Of a stretch of DNA of 64,000 nucleotides, positions 34,845 through 44,106 are shown in pieces; within the stretch, counting starts at the first letter, position 1; every line of letters begins with the position of its first letter. A program made the translations under genes and the position numbers. The notes below the pieces were generated by a model, which saw only the letters and a program-made list of their open reading frames with translations, was not told where the DNA came from and made no database searches. This DNA is from an archaeon (GTDB lineage Archaea > Undinarchaeota > Undinarchaeia > Undinarchaeales > JBDRKL01): NCBI GenBank assembly GCA_043814055.1, contig JBDRKL010000012.1, positions 89,170 to 153,169 on the forward strand, read 5' to 3'.

Positions 34845-35492
34845 TTGCACTACAGCATGATACTTGAACTGCATATGCATTCGCACTACTCGGACGGCAT
34901 GTATTCTCCGCGGGTTATGGCAAAGCATGTAAAGAAGCTTGACTTGGATGGTTTTGCTCTTGTTGACCACGAGACTGTGAAGGGGCACAAGGATGCGAGG
35001 GCTGCTGCGAAGGAATTTGGTTTGGAGTTTGTTCCTGGAATAGAAGTTGCCGCGGACAAGGGGCACATTCTCGGGCTTGGAGTCACTGAGTACATAGACA
35101 AGGGGCCTGTTGAGGATGTTCTTGAGGAGATTAAGAGCCAGGGCGGGGTGAGCGTTGCAGCGCACCCGTATGATTTTTTCAGGCACGGCATAGGCGGAGA
35201 TTTGCGCAAGTTCAAGTTTGATTATGTTGAGGGGTTCAACTCGCGGGTTGTGCTCTTGTTTTTGAATTACTTCGCGCAGAAAGCAGCGAAGGAGCTGAAA
35301 CTGCCGATGACCGCAGGCTCGGACGCACACGACCTGGCATGCCTTGGATTGGGGACAACCAGAGTTGATTCAATTGAGGACTTGTATAAGGGAAAAGCGC
35401 AGATGCATAAGACAGAGTGGGCTGGTATAAGGCGCATATCTGTTGAGAAAACGCAGAGGATACTCCGATCTGTTAGAGAGAGCACTGCCTAG
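34845..35492 (+). CDS. PHP-domain metal-dependent phosphoesterase
   Basis: HMHSHYSDG N-terminal His motif and AHPYD, typical of the PHP/histidinol-phosphatase fold. Confidence 0.7.
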   Translation: MHYSMILELHMHSHYSDGMYSPRVMAKHVKKLDLDGFALVDHETVKGHKDARAAAKEFGLEFVPGIEVAADKGHILGLGVTEYIDKGPVEDVLEEIKSQGGVSVAAHPYDFFRHGIGGDLRKFKFDYVEGFNSRVVLLFLNYFAQKAAKELKLPMTAGSDAHDLACLGLGTTRVDSIEDLYKGKAQMHKTEWAGIRRISVEKTQRILRSVRESTA

Positions 35493-35519
35493 AGCCAGAA
35501 TAAATATTTTCTGAAATTC

Positions 35520-35729
35520 TTACATCAACTGCTCTATCTTGCGGACTATCGGCACTGTGAAGAGCAGAAGCCCGAGCCAGAGCACGAAGATGCCCAGCAC
35601 GAAGTTCGCCCAGCCTGCGCTCATTATCACAATGATGCCGAATGCGAGCACAAGAGCTCCGATAAAGCTGAGGATTATTTCCTCAATAGCGAACATCAGC
35701 CGCTTCTCCGCTTTGCTTGTCTTTGCCAT
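35520..35729 (-). CDS. Small two-TM membrane protein (69 aa), hypothetical
   Basis: Hydrophobic segments only. Confidence 0.35.
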   Translation of the reverse strand: MAKTSKAEKRLMFAIEEIILSFIGALVLAFGIIVIMSAGWANFVLGIFVLWLGLLLFTVPIVRKIEQLM

Positions 35730-35803
35730 GGGGCGGAATAAGTTGAACCCTATTAAATACTTTTTCCCAAGATATTTATAGAGGTTTATCCACGTGAAAG
35801 GGT

Positions 35804-36574
35804 ATGAAAAGAATACTGCTTCTTGGAATTGTATTGCTTGTTATTTTGACCAGTTCGGCATATGCACAAATGCCCGGCGATGACTGCGTGGTTGGAAAAG
35901 TTGATGCCTCAGTGGCTTATGACGGGACAGCGCACGTCAAGATGATTTACAGGTTCACCTGCAGCGGCACGATTGACTATACAGGGCAGGTTACCAAGAT
36001 GCTCATAAGCCTTCCCTTGAATGATGTGAAAAATGTAGAGGTAGAGGATGGGCTTGGGTCAATGAAAGTTCTTGAGGGACCGGAGTATGTCAAAGTTGAG
36101 AAGGATTCTGACGAATCCAAAATTGGAATCATATTTAGAAAAGGGCTTTTGATTAATAGGGAGACCAATGATTATGACATTGCGATTGAGTTTGACACAG
36201 ACTCGCTTGTCACAGAAGGGGAGAGTGTGAATAGCATTAGCTCCGGGGTGCTTGTTGCGAATCCCAAAGTCACGATAATAACCAGCGGAATGACTGAAAC
36301 CGTACTGCCAGTGAACGCTTTTGATTTCGCGCTCAAGCTGGACGAAGAGGCGAGCATACAAAGCGTGAAGCCGAGCGTTTGTGCAATAGAGGGCGGTGAC
36401 GTTGAATGCGCAGACTTGAGTAAACAGGAGATGGAGCAGCTTGAAATAAGCTGGACTGGCGGAAGCACAGGCTGGGGCGGGAAGATTCAGGGATTCACAA
36501 AGAAATACCTGCCCGCTGCTGGGGATTTCTTAGGCAGCTTGTTTGGTAATATAAAGGATATGCTGGACAAGTAA
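35804..36574 (+). CDS. Secreted hypothetical protein with signal peptide (256 aa)
   Basis: MKRILLLGIVLLVILTSSAYA signal. TAATG-coupled to the downstream AN1 zinc-finger gene. Confidence 0.45.
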   Translation: MKRILLLGIVLLVILTSSAYAQMPGDDCVVGKVDASVAYDGTAHVKMIYRFTCSGTIDYTGQVTKMLISLPLNDVKNVEVEDGLGSMKVLEGPEYVKVEKDSDESKIGIIFRKGLLINRETNDYDIAIEFDTDSLVTEGESVNSISSGVLVANPKVTIITSGMTETVLPVNAFDFALKLDEEASIQSVKPSVCAIEGGDVECADLSKQEMEQLEISWTGGSTGWGGKIQGFTKKYLPAAGDFLGSLFGNIKDMLDK

Positions 36575-36855
36575 TGAGTATAGAAGCGGTTATTTTTGCT
36601 GTAATCGGGCTGATAGTTGCGATTATTGCGTATTTTACTTATTTTAGGGAGCTAGGAATTCCGAAGGTAAGGATGCCGAAAAAGAAATCTGTTGCTGAGA
36701 TTACGCCGCCGAATAAAAAGAAGCTGAGCCCGGTGAGCGGGAAGTGCGCAAAGTGCAGGAAGAAAGTTACAATGCCGTTCAGGTGCAAGCATTGCGAGGG
36801 GCTTTATTGCGATGATCACAGGCTGCCTGAGAATCATGATTGTAAGGAGTTATAG
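36574..36855 (+). CDS. Membrane-anchored AN1-type zinc-finger protein (93 aa)
   Basis: N-terminal TM helix, then CAKCRKKV...FRCKHCEGLYCDDHRLPENHDC, a C6H2 AN1 pattern. Confidence 0.6.
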   Translation: MSIEAVIFAVIGLIVAIIAYFTYFRELGIPKVRMPKKKSVAEITPPNKKKLSPVSGKCAKCRKKVTMPFRCKHCEGLYCDDHRLPENHDCKEL

Positions 36856-36946
36856 CTAAATCGCAATCTATATATAGCACTTTATTCACCCTTATGGAGT
36901 AGTAACAAGGAGTTGGGAGACTCTAACACGTAGTGAGGACAATGTA

Positions 36947-37789
36947 ATGATATGGATGCTTGCAGCTGTACCAGTGATTCTGATTTTGGGAGGCTTGGGT
37001 CTAGCTGCAAAATCGCCAAAGGGCATTATAATCGGCAAGCTTATTTTTGAGTTTCGCGAATACGAGCGAGGCGTAGTCTTCCGGTTTGGTAAGTTTCATA
37101 GAGTTGTTGGCCCCGGCTGGGTTTTTGTGATTCCCACTATTGAGAAATTCGTTTTGTACGACCTGCGTACTGAGACAATTGATATTCCTCCGCAGGAGGT
37201 TATTACCAAGGACGCGGTAAAGCTGCTTATTGATGCTGTCATTTTTATGCGTGTTGAGGACCCTGTAAAAGCCGAGCTGTATGTTGAAGAGGATTACAGG
37301 AAGGCTGTTGAGGAATATACCAAGGGCAGAATCCGAAACGTTATTGGCAGTGTTGAACTCGGCGAGCTATATGCCAAAATAGGGGAGATTAACGAAACGC
37401 TCAAGAAGGATGTCCAGAACATCGCAGAACGCTGGGGAGTCATGATTACGGATATTGAACTTATTGATGTTACCCCGCCCCCAGAGGTTGTAGAAGCAAT
37501 GCAAGCCCAGGAGATTGCGGAGAGGTACAAGGCTGCGGCTGCTGAAGAGGCTAAAACCACTCAGATTAGAATAGGTGCGATTCAGGAGGCTGCGGGCAAG
37601 TTGACAGCGCCTGCGCTGACTTACCTTTACCTGAACGCGCTCAAGGACATTGCAAACGGCCAGGCTTCAAAGCTCATATTCCCACTTGAATTCTCAAAGC
37701 TGGCTGAAGGCATTTCAAAGGGAATCGGCGGCAAGGCTACAGACCTGGAGGCGCTGGCTGAGAAAGTTCTGGTGAATGTAAAGGGATAA
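36947..37789 (+). CDS. SPFH/band-7 (stomatin/prohibitin-like) membrane protein
   Basis: N-terminal TM plus SPFH domain (ERGVVFRFGKFHRVVGPGW...), with a C-terminal coiled coil. Confidence 0.8.
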   Translation: MIWMLAAVPVILILGGLGLAAKSPKGIIIGKLIFEFREYERGVVFRFGKFHRVVGPGWVFVIPTIEKFVLYDLRTETIDIPPQEVITKDAVKLLIDAVIFMRVEDPVKAELYVEEDYRKAVEEYTKGRIRNVIGSVELGELYAKIGEINETLKKDVQNIAERWGVMITDIELIDVTPPPEVVEAMQAQEIAERYKAAAAEEAKTTQIRIGAIQEAAGKLTAPALTYLYLNALKDIANGQASKLIFPLEFSKLAEGISKGIGGKATDLEALAEKVLVNVKG

Positions 37790-37791
37790 AA

Positions 37792-38025
37792 ATGGATGAA
37801 TATATTCTGGCGAACAAAAATGACCTGAAAAACGTGTCGGAGAGAACAAGAACTCTTAAAATCAGCTGTAGCCTGAAGCATCAGGACGCGGCCGATATTA
37901 TGAAAAGATGCCGGCTGCTTGAGGAGATTATTTTTGACCACAAGGCATTTGGCGAGACAGAGGACTCGGCAAAGGAGTATCTCAACAAATGGGTTTTTGT
38001 TGACACAGACGCAAGGCTTATTTAA
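37792..38025 (+). CDS. Small hypothetical protein, paralog A (77 aa)
   Basis: Shares the block TR(T/I)L.(I/V).C.L..(Q/H).AA(D/E)(I/V)(M/L).RCR.LE..IFD with the next gene. Confidence 0.4.
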   Translation: MDEYILANKNDLKNVSERTRTLKISCSLKHQDAADIMKRCRLLEEIIFDHKAFGETEDSAKEYLNKWVFVDTDARLI

Positions 38026-38047
38026 ATTCCCGTTCTATTTCTTTTTC

Positions 38048-38425
38048 ATGCTTATTGAATCCACGCTGGAGCACAAAGAGGATGTTTGGCAGGTTCCAGG
38101 AAATACGCGAATTTTGCACGTTCACTGCAAGCTGGACAGGCACTCCGCAGCTGAGGTTTTGGCTAGATGCAGGGAGTTAGAGGTTGTGATTTTTGACGCG
38201 AACGCTCACACGCTGATTGATGAGGAAACTAAAACATATTTAAGCGAGCGAGTATTTTTAGAGATAGAGGGAGAGCTCAGGGAACACAAAGTTTCGCGCG
38301 AAGAGGCGCACAAGATTCGCGAGCTTTACATGCGGGGCGACCATAGCATTGACGAGCTCGCCAGGGAATTTGAGCTGGATAGGGATATGGTATGGCAAAT
38401 AATAAAGGAGAAAGCACATGGCTGA
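38048..38425 (+). CDS. Small hypothetical protein, paralog B with a C-terminal HTH-like tail (126 aa)
   Basis: N-terminal domain homologous to 37792..38025, plus IDELAREFELDRDMVWQIIK, which resembles a sigma-region-4-like HTH. I chose the internal ATG at 38048. Confidence 0.4.
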   Translation: MLIESTLEHKEDVWQVPGNTRILHVHCKLDRHSAAEVLARCRELEVVIFDANAHTLIDEETKTYLSERVFLEIEGELREHKVSREEAHKIRELYMRGDHSIDELAREFELDRDMVWQIIKEKAHG

Positions 38426-38846
38426 AGATAAAACAATGGTAACTGTTGACGTCCTTGTATCGGACGAGAAGAACGAGAAGTTTCTGCTCGTGAAGAGGAA
38501 GAACGAGCCTTTCGCAGGAAAGTGGGCGCTGCCAGGCGGATTCGTTGAGGCAAACGAGACTGTTGAGCAGGCAGCAGTGCGGGAAGTGAAAGAGGAGCTG
38601 GACATTGATGTTGAGCTGGAAGGACTCCTTGGGGTTTACTCAGAGCCGGGAAGGGATCCGCGAGGTCACACGGTTTCTATTGTGTTCTTTGGGAAGAAGA
38701 AAAGCGGCAAGGAGAAAGCTGGGAGCGACGCAGAGGACTTTATGTGGGCGCTTCTTGGAAAGACAGATTCAATTGACTTTGCCTTTGACCACGCGGTTAT
38801 GGCAGAGGATTTCAAAATCATATATATGAGCGAGCCTGAAAAATGA
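38418..38846 (+). CDS. NUDIX hydrolase
   Basis: Nudix box GKWALPGGFVEANETVEQAAVREVKEELDI. Confidence 0.85.
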   Translation: MAEDKTMVTVDVLVSDEKNEKFLLVKRKNEPFAGKWALPGGFVEANETVEQAAVREVKEELDIDVELEGLLGVYSEPGRDPRGHTVSIVFFGKKKSGKEKAGSDAEDFMWALLGKTDSIDFAFDHAVMAEDFKIIYMSEPEK

Positions 38847-40756
38847 AAACCCTAATACAACACTGCGACTACGTGAAGTTCAAGGTAACGAAGAAGACCA
38901 AGCTGGCGCAGGAAATACCAAAAGAGCTTGAGCAGGGAGAAGTTAAGGAGTGCTTGTTCGTGAGATTTGCAACTGAGAAAGAGGATGATGGGAATGAGAA
39001 GGAGCTTGCGAAGAAAGTTGTTGAGGACTTGAAAGGGGTTGCTGAGCAGGTAAAAGTGAAAAAAGTCCTGCTTTATCCGTATGTGCATTTGCTTTATGGG
39101 TCGGAGCCGAGTAATGTTAAAACCGCGCTGAGCGTCCAGGATTTGGTAGAAGACGGGCTGAAGGAAGATGGATTTGAGGTTTTCAAGGCGCCGTTCGGGT
39201 GGTACAAGGAATTTGAGATGAAGTGCAAGGGCCATCCGCTGAGTGAGTTGTCAAGAATTATACGCGCAGGGGATTTGGTCCAGAAGAAAGAGGGAAGTCA
39301 AGAGCTTTCCGAGGCGCTGAAAGTTGAGGAGAAAATAAAATCCAAATTTTACATTATAGAGCCGAATGGGAAGAAGCACGAGATAGTACACGAGGCCGGG
39401 GAGATTAAGGGATTTGATTTTTCAAAGCACCCCAAGCTTGAGAAGTTGTGCAAATATGAATTGGCCAAGAGCAGGGTGAGCGACAAGGCGCCGCCGCACA
39501 TTGAAATTATGCGGAAGCTTGAGCTTGCTGACTACGAACCAGGGTCTGACCCTGGCAATTTGAGATTTTATCCCAATGGACGATTGATTAAGAGCCTGCT
39601 TGAGGATTATGTCACGCGGGAGACTGTTGCTTACGGCGCAATGGAAGTTGAGGCGCCGATAATGTATGACTATGAACAGCCTACTTTGAAAAAGTACATT
39701 GACAGGTTTCCGGCGAGGCAGTATGTTGTTGAAACACCGAACAAGAATTGCTTTTTGAGGTTCGCAGCTTGCCTTGGGCAGTTTTTGATGGCGCACGACG
39801 CCACGATTTCATACAAAGACCTGCCGCTCAGAATGTATGAGATGACCAGGTATAGTTTCAGGGTTGAGAAGCGCGGCGAGCTTTCCGGCTTGAGAAGGCT
39901 GCGCGCGTTCACAATGCCGGACTGCCACGCGTTCTGCGCGGATGTTAAAACCGCTATAACCGAGATGCAGACAAGGTATAAGCTCGCTGGAAATATTCAA
40001 AAAGGAATTGGCTTTGAAAAAGATGACATGGAAATTTCGCTCAGGGTTGTGAAGGAGTTTGAGAACGATTTGAAGCCGATGGTTGACGCAATACTCAAGG
40101 AGTGGAAGAAGCCGATTATGGTGGAGGAATGGGACAAGAGGTTCTTCTACTTCATATTCAAGCACGAGTGGAACTTCATAGACGCGCTGGACAAGGCCGC
40201 GTGCCTGACCACGGACCAGATTGATGTTGAGAACGCTGAGACTTATGACTTGAAATACACTGGCGAAGATGGGAAAGAGCACAGGCCTGTTATCCTGCAC
40301 CTTTCACCGAGCGGCTCAATTGAGCGAGTGATGTACGCGCTTTTGGAAAAAGCATATATGCAGGCGAAAACCGGGAAAAAGGCGATGCTGCCGGTGTGGC
40401 TCAGCCCAAGTCAAGTGAGAGTTTGTGCGGTTTCGGATGAGTACGTGAAGCTCTGCGAGAAAATTGCAGACATGCTGGATAAGGAATGCATCCGCGTTGA
40501 TATTGATGACAGGTCGGAGAGCGTTGGGAAGAAGATTTCCCAGGCAGAGCAGGACTGGGTGCCTTATACTCTTGTGATTGGAGACCAGGAAGCGAAAAGC
40601 AAGAAGATTCCGGTAAGAGTGAGAAAGAGCGGCAAGGTTGAGGAGATGGCGCTTGAGGAGTTAGTTAAGGTTATAAAGAAGGAAACTGAATGCATGCCGT
40701 ATAGGAGACTTAGCTTGCCTAAGTATTTGAGCAAGAGACCAAAATTTGTGGGGTGA
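38843..40756 (+). CDS. thrS: Threonyl-tRNA synthetase, archaeal type with N-terminal editing domain
   Basis: Class II motif 2 FRVEKRGELSGLRRLRAFTMPDCHAF, motif 3, and a C-terminal anticodon-binding domain. 637 aa. Confidence 0.85.
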   Translation: MKTLIQHCDYVKFKVTKKTKLAQEIPKELEQGEVKECLFVRFATEKEDDGNEKELAKKVVEDLKGVAEQVKVKKVLLYPYVHLLYGSEPSNVKTALSVQDLVEDGLKEDGFEVFKAPFGWYKEFEMKCKGHPLSELSRIIRAGDLVQKKEGSQELSEALKVEEKIKSKFYIIEPNGKKHEIVHEAGEIKGFDFSKHPKLEKLCKYELAKSRVSDKAPPHIEIMRKLELADYEPGSDPGNLRFYPNGRLIKSLLEDYVTRETVAYGAMEVEAPIMYDYEQPTLKKYIDRFPARQYVVETPNKNCFLRFAACLGQFLMAHDATISYKDLPLRMYEMTRYSFRVEKRGELSGLRRLRAFTMPDCHAFCADVKTAITEMQTRYKLAGNIQKGIGFEKDDMEISLRVVKEFENDLKPMVDAILKEWKKPIMVEEWDKRFFYFIFKHEWNFIDALDKAACLTTDQIDVENAETYDLKYTGEDGKEHRPVILHLSPSGSIERVMYALLEKAYMQAKTGKKAMLPVWLSPSQVRVCAVSDEYVKLCEKIADMLDKECIRVDIDDRSESVGKKISQAEQDWVPYTLVIGDQEAKSKKIPVRVRKSGKVEEMALEELVKVIKKETECMPYRRLSLPKYLSKRPKFVG

Positions 40757-40760
40757 AAAA

Positions 40761-41558
40761 ATGAAAATTGATTTTAGTACAGCTGTAAAAAATGGTTTGA
40801 AATATTCTATTTTGAAGGATCGCGTTGCAATTTATTTCGCACTTCTCGCGGTCTATATGATTGGAATGGTTTACCCAATGTATAGATTAATCGGCGCAAT
40901 AAGCGGACTTGCTGCAGGCGGCGGGCCAGAGATTTTCATAACGCTAATAGGACCGCTATTAACCATGATTTTTGTGATATTCATATTCACGCTGATAAGC
41001 ATATGGGTCAATATGGCTTATGTGCAGGATTATGCAACTGGCGCAAAGCAGGGTGGGCTTATGAAAGCCTTCTCTGACGTGAAGAAATACTACTGGAGAA
41101 TGCTCGCGGTAACCATTGTTATAGTGATAATATCCGCATTGCTTGGGGCAATCCCTTACATCGGCTGGATATTCTCGTTCTTGTTGTCGTGGGTGTTCCT
41201 ATTCGCAACACAATTTGTTATACTAGGAAATAAAAAGTTCAGGGACGTGTTCTCAACCTGCTGGGAAACTTTCAAGCAGCACCATTGGGATATTGTTGTG
41301 TTGTGGGTTGTTGGGGCGCTTGTTGGCATGGTTATAATGGGAATATTCGCAATACCACTGATAGGAATGTCCTTGAGCATTGTACTGCCGTACTTGATGG
41401 GAAATAATCCAATGGGTGCGTTGACCGCATTTATGGACAATCTTGCGCTGATAGGAATTGGTGCATTCATCGCATTGATTGGAGCGAGCATCAGCACCGT
41501 GTTCTCAGTTGGATTCTTCACCGACGGATACCTGCAGATATTCAAGAAGAAAAAGTAA
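40761..41558 (+). CDS. Polytopic membrane protein, hypothetical (~265 aa)
   Basis: 6-7 predicted TM helices. I used the ATG at 40761 just after the thrS stop rather than the listed TTG at 40746. Confidence 0.45.
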   Translation: MKIDFSTAVKNGLKYSILKDRVAIYFALLAVYMIGMVYPMYRLIGAISGLAAGGGPEIFITLIGPLLTMIFVIFIFTLISIWVNMAYVQDYATGAKQGGLMKAFSDVKKYYWRMLAVTIVIVIISALLGAIPYIGWIFSFLLSWVFLFATQFVILGNKKFRDVFSTCWETFKQHHWDIVVLWVVGALVGMVIMGIFAIPLIGMSLSIVLPYLMGNNPMGALTAFMDNLALIGIGAFIALIGASISTVFSVGFFTDGYLQIFKKKK

Positions 41559-41565
41559 TATTGAA

Positions 41566-41604
41566 GAAAGAGCGGGGGCGGAAAGCTCCCGCAATTTCCT
41601 TTTT
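41566..41604. terminator. Hairpin plus T-tract between convergent genes
   Basis: GAGCGGGGGCGGAAAGCTCCCGC followed by AATTTCCTTTTTTTAAATT. Confidence 0.4.
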
Positions 41605-42036
41605 TTAAATTCTAATAAATTTAGGCAGTTTTTTCTTGTCGTGCTTTCTCAGCCCGCCTGTGAACATTTTTGGAATGTGCTTTAGCTCGTGGATTAGGAC
41701 TTCGTCCTGCTTGTGCTGCGGGAGCTTGTCAAAGCGCTCGGAAAGAACTTCAATTACGTAGCGCGGATTCATATAGAGCGCGAGCTGCCAGATTTTTGGA
41801 AAGCTCCAGATTCGGGCGAGGATTCTTTCAGAGGTTGAGCCGTGGGAGCGGAAGCAATAAATGCGCTCTGGGGTTACGTTTGGAAAGTCCTCGGCTAGGT
41901 CTATTATTCTCCTTTTGATATCCGGGGCGTGGATGTATTTGATTACCATAAAACTAAATAAGTGGCATGACCTTTTAAGCTTATATGGAAATCCTGTACT
42001 GGAACAAGGACTCAGCGGCGCTGAATATTGTGTCAC
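41605..42036 (-). CDS. Putative zinc metallopeptidase-like protein (HExxH, DUF45/SprT-like)
   Basis: The HELKH motif is the only recognisable element. The true start may be an internal Met. Confidence 0.3.
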   Translation of the reverse strand: MTQYSAPLSPCSSTGFPYKLKRSCHLFSFMVIKYIHAPDIKRRIIDLAEDFPNVTPERIYCFRSHGSTSERILARIWSFPKIWQLALYMNPRYVIEVLSERFDKLPQHKQDEVLIHELKHIPKMFTGGLRKHDKKKLPKFIRI

Positions 42037-42728
42037 GATTGGAAGATATGCAGAGCATTATGATTGAGAAAGACGAGAGTTTGCTTTACTTAGAGAAATT
42101 AGATGAGGATGCTGACTTTTTCGTGATTCCGAGCATGCACAAGAGCGAAGCGGAGAAGTGTTCTTTGACTGTGCACGCGTGCGGGAACTTTGGGAATGCT
42201 GATTTTGGAGGGAACCCTGCTGAACTGGAGAGAACTTGGCCTTCCGCGCTCGCTGTTGGTTTGAGGAGCATGGCGCAAGCTGGTTTGGATGATTATGAAG
42301 TTTGCATGGAAGTTACGCATCACGGTCCGAGCGGGCTGGGCAAGCCACTGGTCTGGATTGAGATTGGCTCTGGGGAAGAGCAGTGGATGGATGAACGGGC
42401 TGGGGAAGTTGTTGCGAAAGCGATTAGAGCTATTTATGATAATAAAACTGAGTTTGAGAATTACATTGGGTTCGGCGGGCCGCACTACGCGCCGAGCTTC
42501 ACGAATTTGGTCTTGGAGAATGAGAAGATTGCAATAGGGCATATTCTGCCGAGCTACCAGGCAGAGCATATTACTAAGGAAATTGTTGAGGAGATGCTTG
42601 AGAAGAGTTCTGCAAAGAAAGCAGTGTTTGACTGGAAAGGGTTGAAGCGCGGGGCGAGGAATAAAGTGCTTGGAATTTTAGATGAGCTGGGTGTTGAGTA
42701 TTGCAAGACGAGTGAATTGAGAGTGTAG
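41985..42728 (+). CDS. Putative archaeal-type D-aminoacyl-tRNA deacylase (DtdA-like)
   Basis: The overall ~250-aa architecture and the conserved SMHKSE / HHGPS / GGPHY blocks resemble archaeal DTD. Assigned from memory of the family, not verified. Confidence 0.35.
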   Translation: MEILYWNKDSAALNIVSRLEDMQSIMIEKDESLLYLEKLDEDADFFVIPSMHKSEAEKCSLTVHACGNFGNADFGGNPAELERTWPSALAVGLRSMAQAGLDDYEVCMEVTHHGPSGLGKPLVWIEIGSGEEQWMDERAGEVVAKAIRAIYDNKTEFENYIGFGGPHYAPSFTNLVLENEKIAIGHILPSYQAEHITKEIVEEMLEKSSAKKAVFDWKGLKRGARNKVLGILDELGVEYCKTSELRV

Positions 42729-42762
42729 AAACTTTATAAGGCAGGAAGAATTACAGAGTCTT

Positions 42763-43740
42763 ATGAAAAAACTTCCTGTAATAGCTGTTATAATTGCAAT
42801 TATTATGATATCCGGCTGTATAGACTTGCCAATAACGCCGGAGTCCGAGATTTTGGAATATGAATTATATGGGGACGGGAGCATAAAACAAACCTCAATT
42901 CAAACCGGGCTGCTGAAGGGTAATGCTGATGATTGGCCGAGCGACTGCACGCAGAACATGACTAAAATGCTAAATGCGATGAAGGCTATGATGGAGGCTG
43001 GAATGAGCATGCAGACCGAGAGTGGAGAAATGTCAGCTGATGAACAGGCAAAAACTGAAAAAGCTATAGCCGCGTTTGACAGGTATGTTGATAGTATAAG
43101 CTGCAAATTTGAAAAATCCGGGGATAGCGGAACTATAACGATAAGCTCAACGCAGAATTATGATGACATCCAGGCACTTAGTGAGATGAGTGAGGCAAGT
43201 GGGCAGGGCTCAGAACCAAGTACAGGGGCAAAGAAGAAAGACGGGAAGATTTATACTAACATAAACTTGTCAAGTGGGCTGTTCGGCGACAGCAGCAGTA
43301 CGCCATCTTTAAAAGAGGTGCGCATAAAGGTCCAGGGAGATGTTGAGACTATGCCGCTGGGTTATGAGATGGACGGCGATGTGTATGTTTACAAGAACCC
43401 AAGCGTAACAGAACTAGCGATTGTTTATGCAAGAAGCGGTGGGATAAGTTTGACAGACCCAATTGTATTAGGCGGGATTGTAGCCGCTATTTTGGTTGTT
43501 GTGATAATTGTGGTTCTTGTTATCAAGAAGAGGAAGAAAAAAGTCAAAGAACAGGAGACTGCTGAAGAAGAACCGCAGCTGCAGCCGATTGGTGAATCCC
43601 AATTAAACCTTTCTCCTGCTGTAATTGATTATGTCAGGGCGATGAGGGCGCAGGGCTACCCGGATGAGCAGATTGGGCAGGCGTTGCTTGCCGGAGGGCA
43701 TCCACAGGAAAAGGTCTATGCGTATTTGAGAAACAGATAA
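42763..43740 (+). CDS. Lipoprotein-like surface protein with a C-terminal TM anchor and short cytoplasmic tail (325 aa)
   Basis: A Cys lipobox-like residue follows the signal (ISGCIDL). The C-terminal TM is GGIVAAILVVVIIVVLVI, followed by KKRKKK. Confidence 0.45.
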   Translation: MKKLPVIAVIIAIIMISGCIDLPITPESEILEYELYGDGSIKQTSIQTGLLKGNADDWPSDCTQNMTKMLNAMKAMMEAGMSMQTESGEMSADEQAKTEKAIAAFDRYVDSISCKFEKSGDSGTITISSTQNYDDIQALSEMSEASGQGSEPSTGAKKKDGKIYTNINLSSGLFGDSSSTPSLKEVRIKVQGDVETMPLGYEMDGDVYVYKNPSVTELAIVYARSGGISLTDPIVLGGIVAAILVVVIIVVLVIKKRKKKVKEQETAEEEPQLQPIGESQLNLSPAVIDYVRAMRAQGYPDEQIGQALLAGGHPQEKVYAYLRNR

Positions 43741-43818
43741 CTAATTGGGGATGTCTAAACTAGCGAAAATGTCTTTAATAAGCAAGATTATAGAATAGAC
43801 ACTCGGGAGAATAATATT

Positions 43819-43915
43819 AGCCCCGTGGTGTAGTGGCCAAGCATACGAGCCTCTGGAGGGTTTTAAAACTCAGGGTGAGCTGGTGACAACGGTTCGAATC
43901 CGTTCGGGGCTACCA
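43819..43915 (+). tRNA. tRNA-Gln (anticodon CTG) with a ~21-nt intron at 37/38 and encoded CCA
   Basis: Acceptor AGCCCCG/CGGGGCT, D-arm GTGT-AGTGGCCAA-GCAT, anticodon stem CGAGC with loop CTCTGG|(intron AGGGTTTTAAAACTCAGGGTG)|A, 3' stem GCTGG (one G-G mismatch), T-arm AACGG-TTCGAAT-CCGTT. Confidence 0.6.
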
Positions 43916-44095
43916 TAAAAACATAACAAGGTGACTTCGCGAACAAAGTGAGCGAATGTCGCCTAAAGCGCCAGCCGATTTCGCGGCTGTTCGCCAATCC
44001 GTTCGGGGCTACCATAACAGATAGAGGCTTCGCGACTAAAAGGAGCGAATGCATCCGGCCTAACTCCGCGGCCAGGCGGAGCGTGTGGGGCTACC
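43916..44095. repeat. Two tandem units made of a ~70-nt structured repeat plus a duplicated tRNA-Gln 3' end (att-scar-like)
   Basis: A 22-nt exact copy of the tRNA 3' end AATCCGTTCGGGGCTACCATAA lies at 43996-44017, and a 10-nt copy GGGGCTACCA at 44086-44095. The spacers carry the CTTCGCGA(AC)..AAAG(T)GAGCGAA and CTCCGCG..CAGGCGGAG motifs shared with 3957-4023. Confidence 0.6.
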
Positions 44096-44106
44096 AAAAA
44101 ACTAAA

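Noticed and set aside
43913-44106. Integrated provirus or integrative element at tRNA-Gln
   Set aside because: Duplicated tRNA 3' ends are present, but there is no integrase or viral gene within the window. It is reported only as scar-like repeats.
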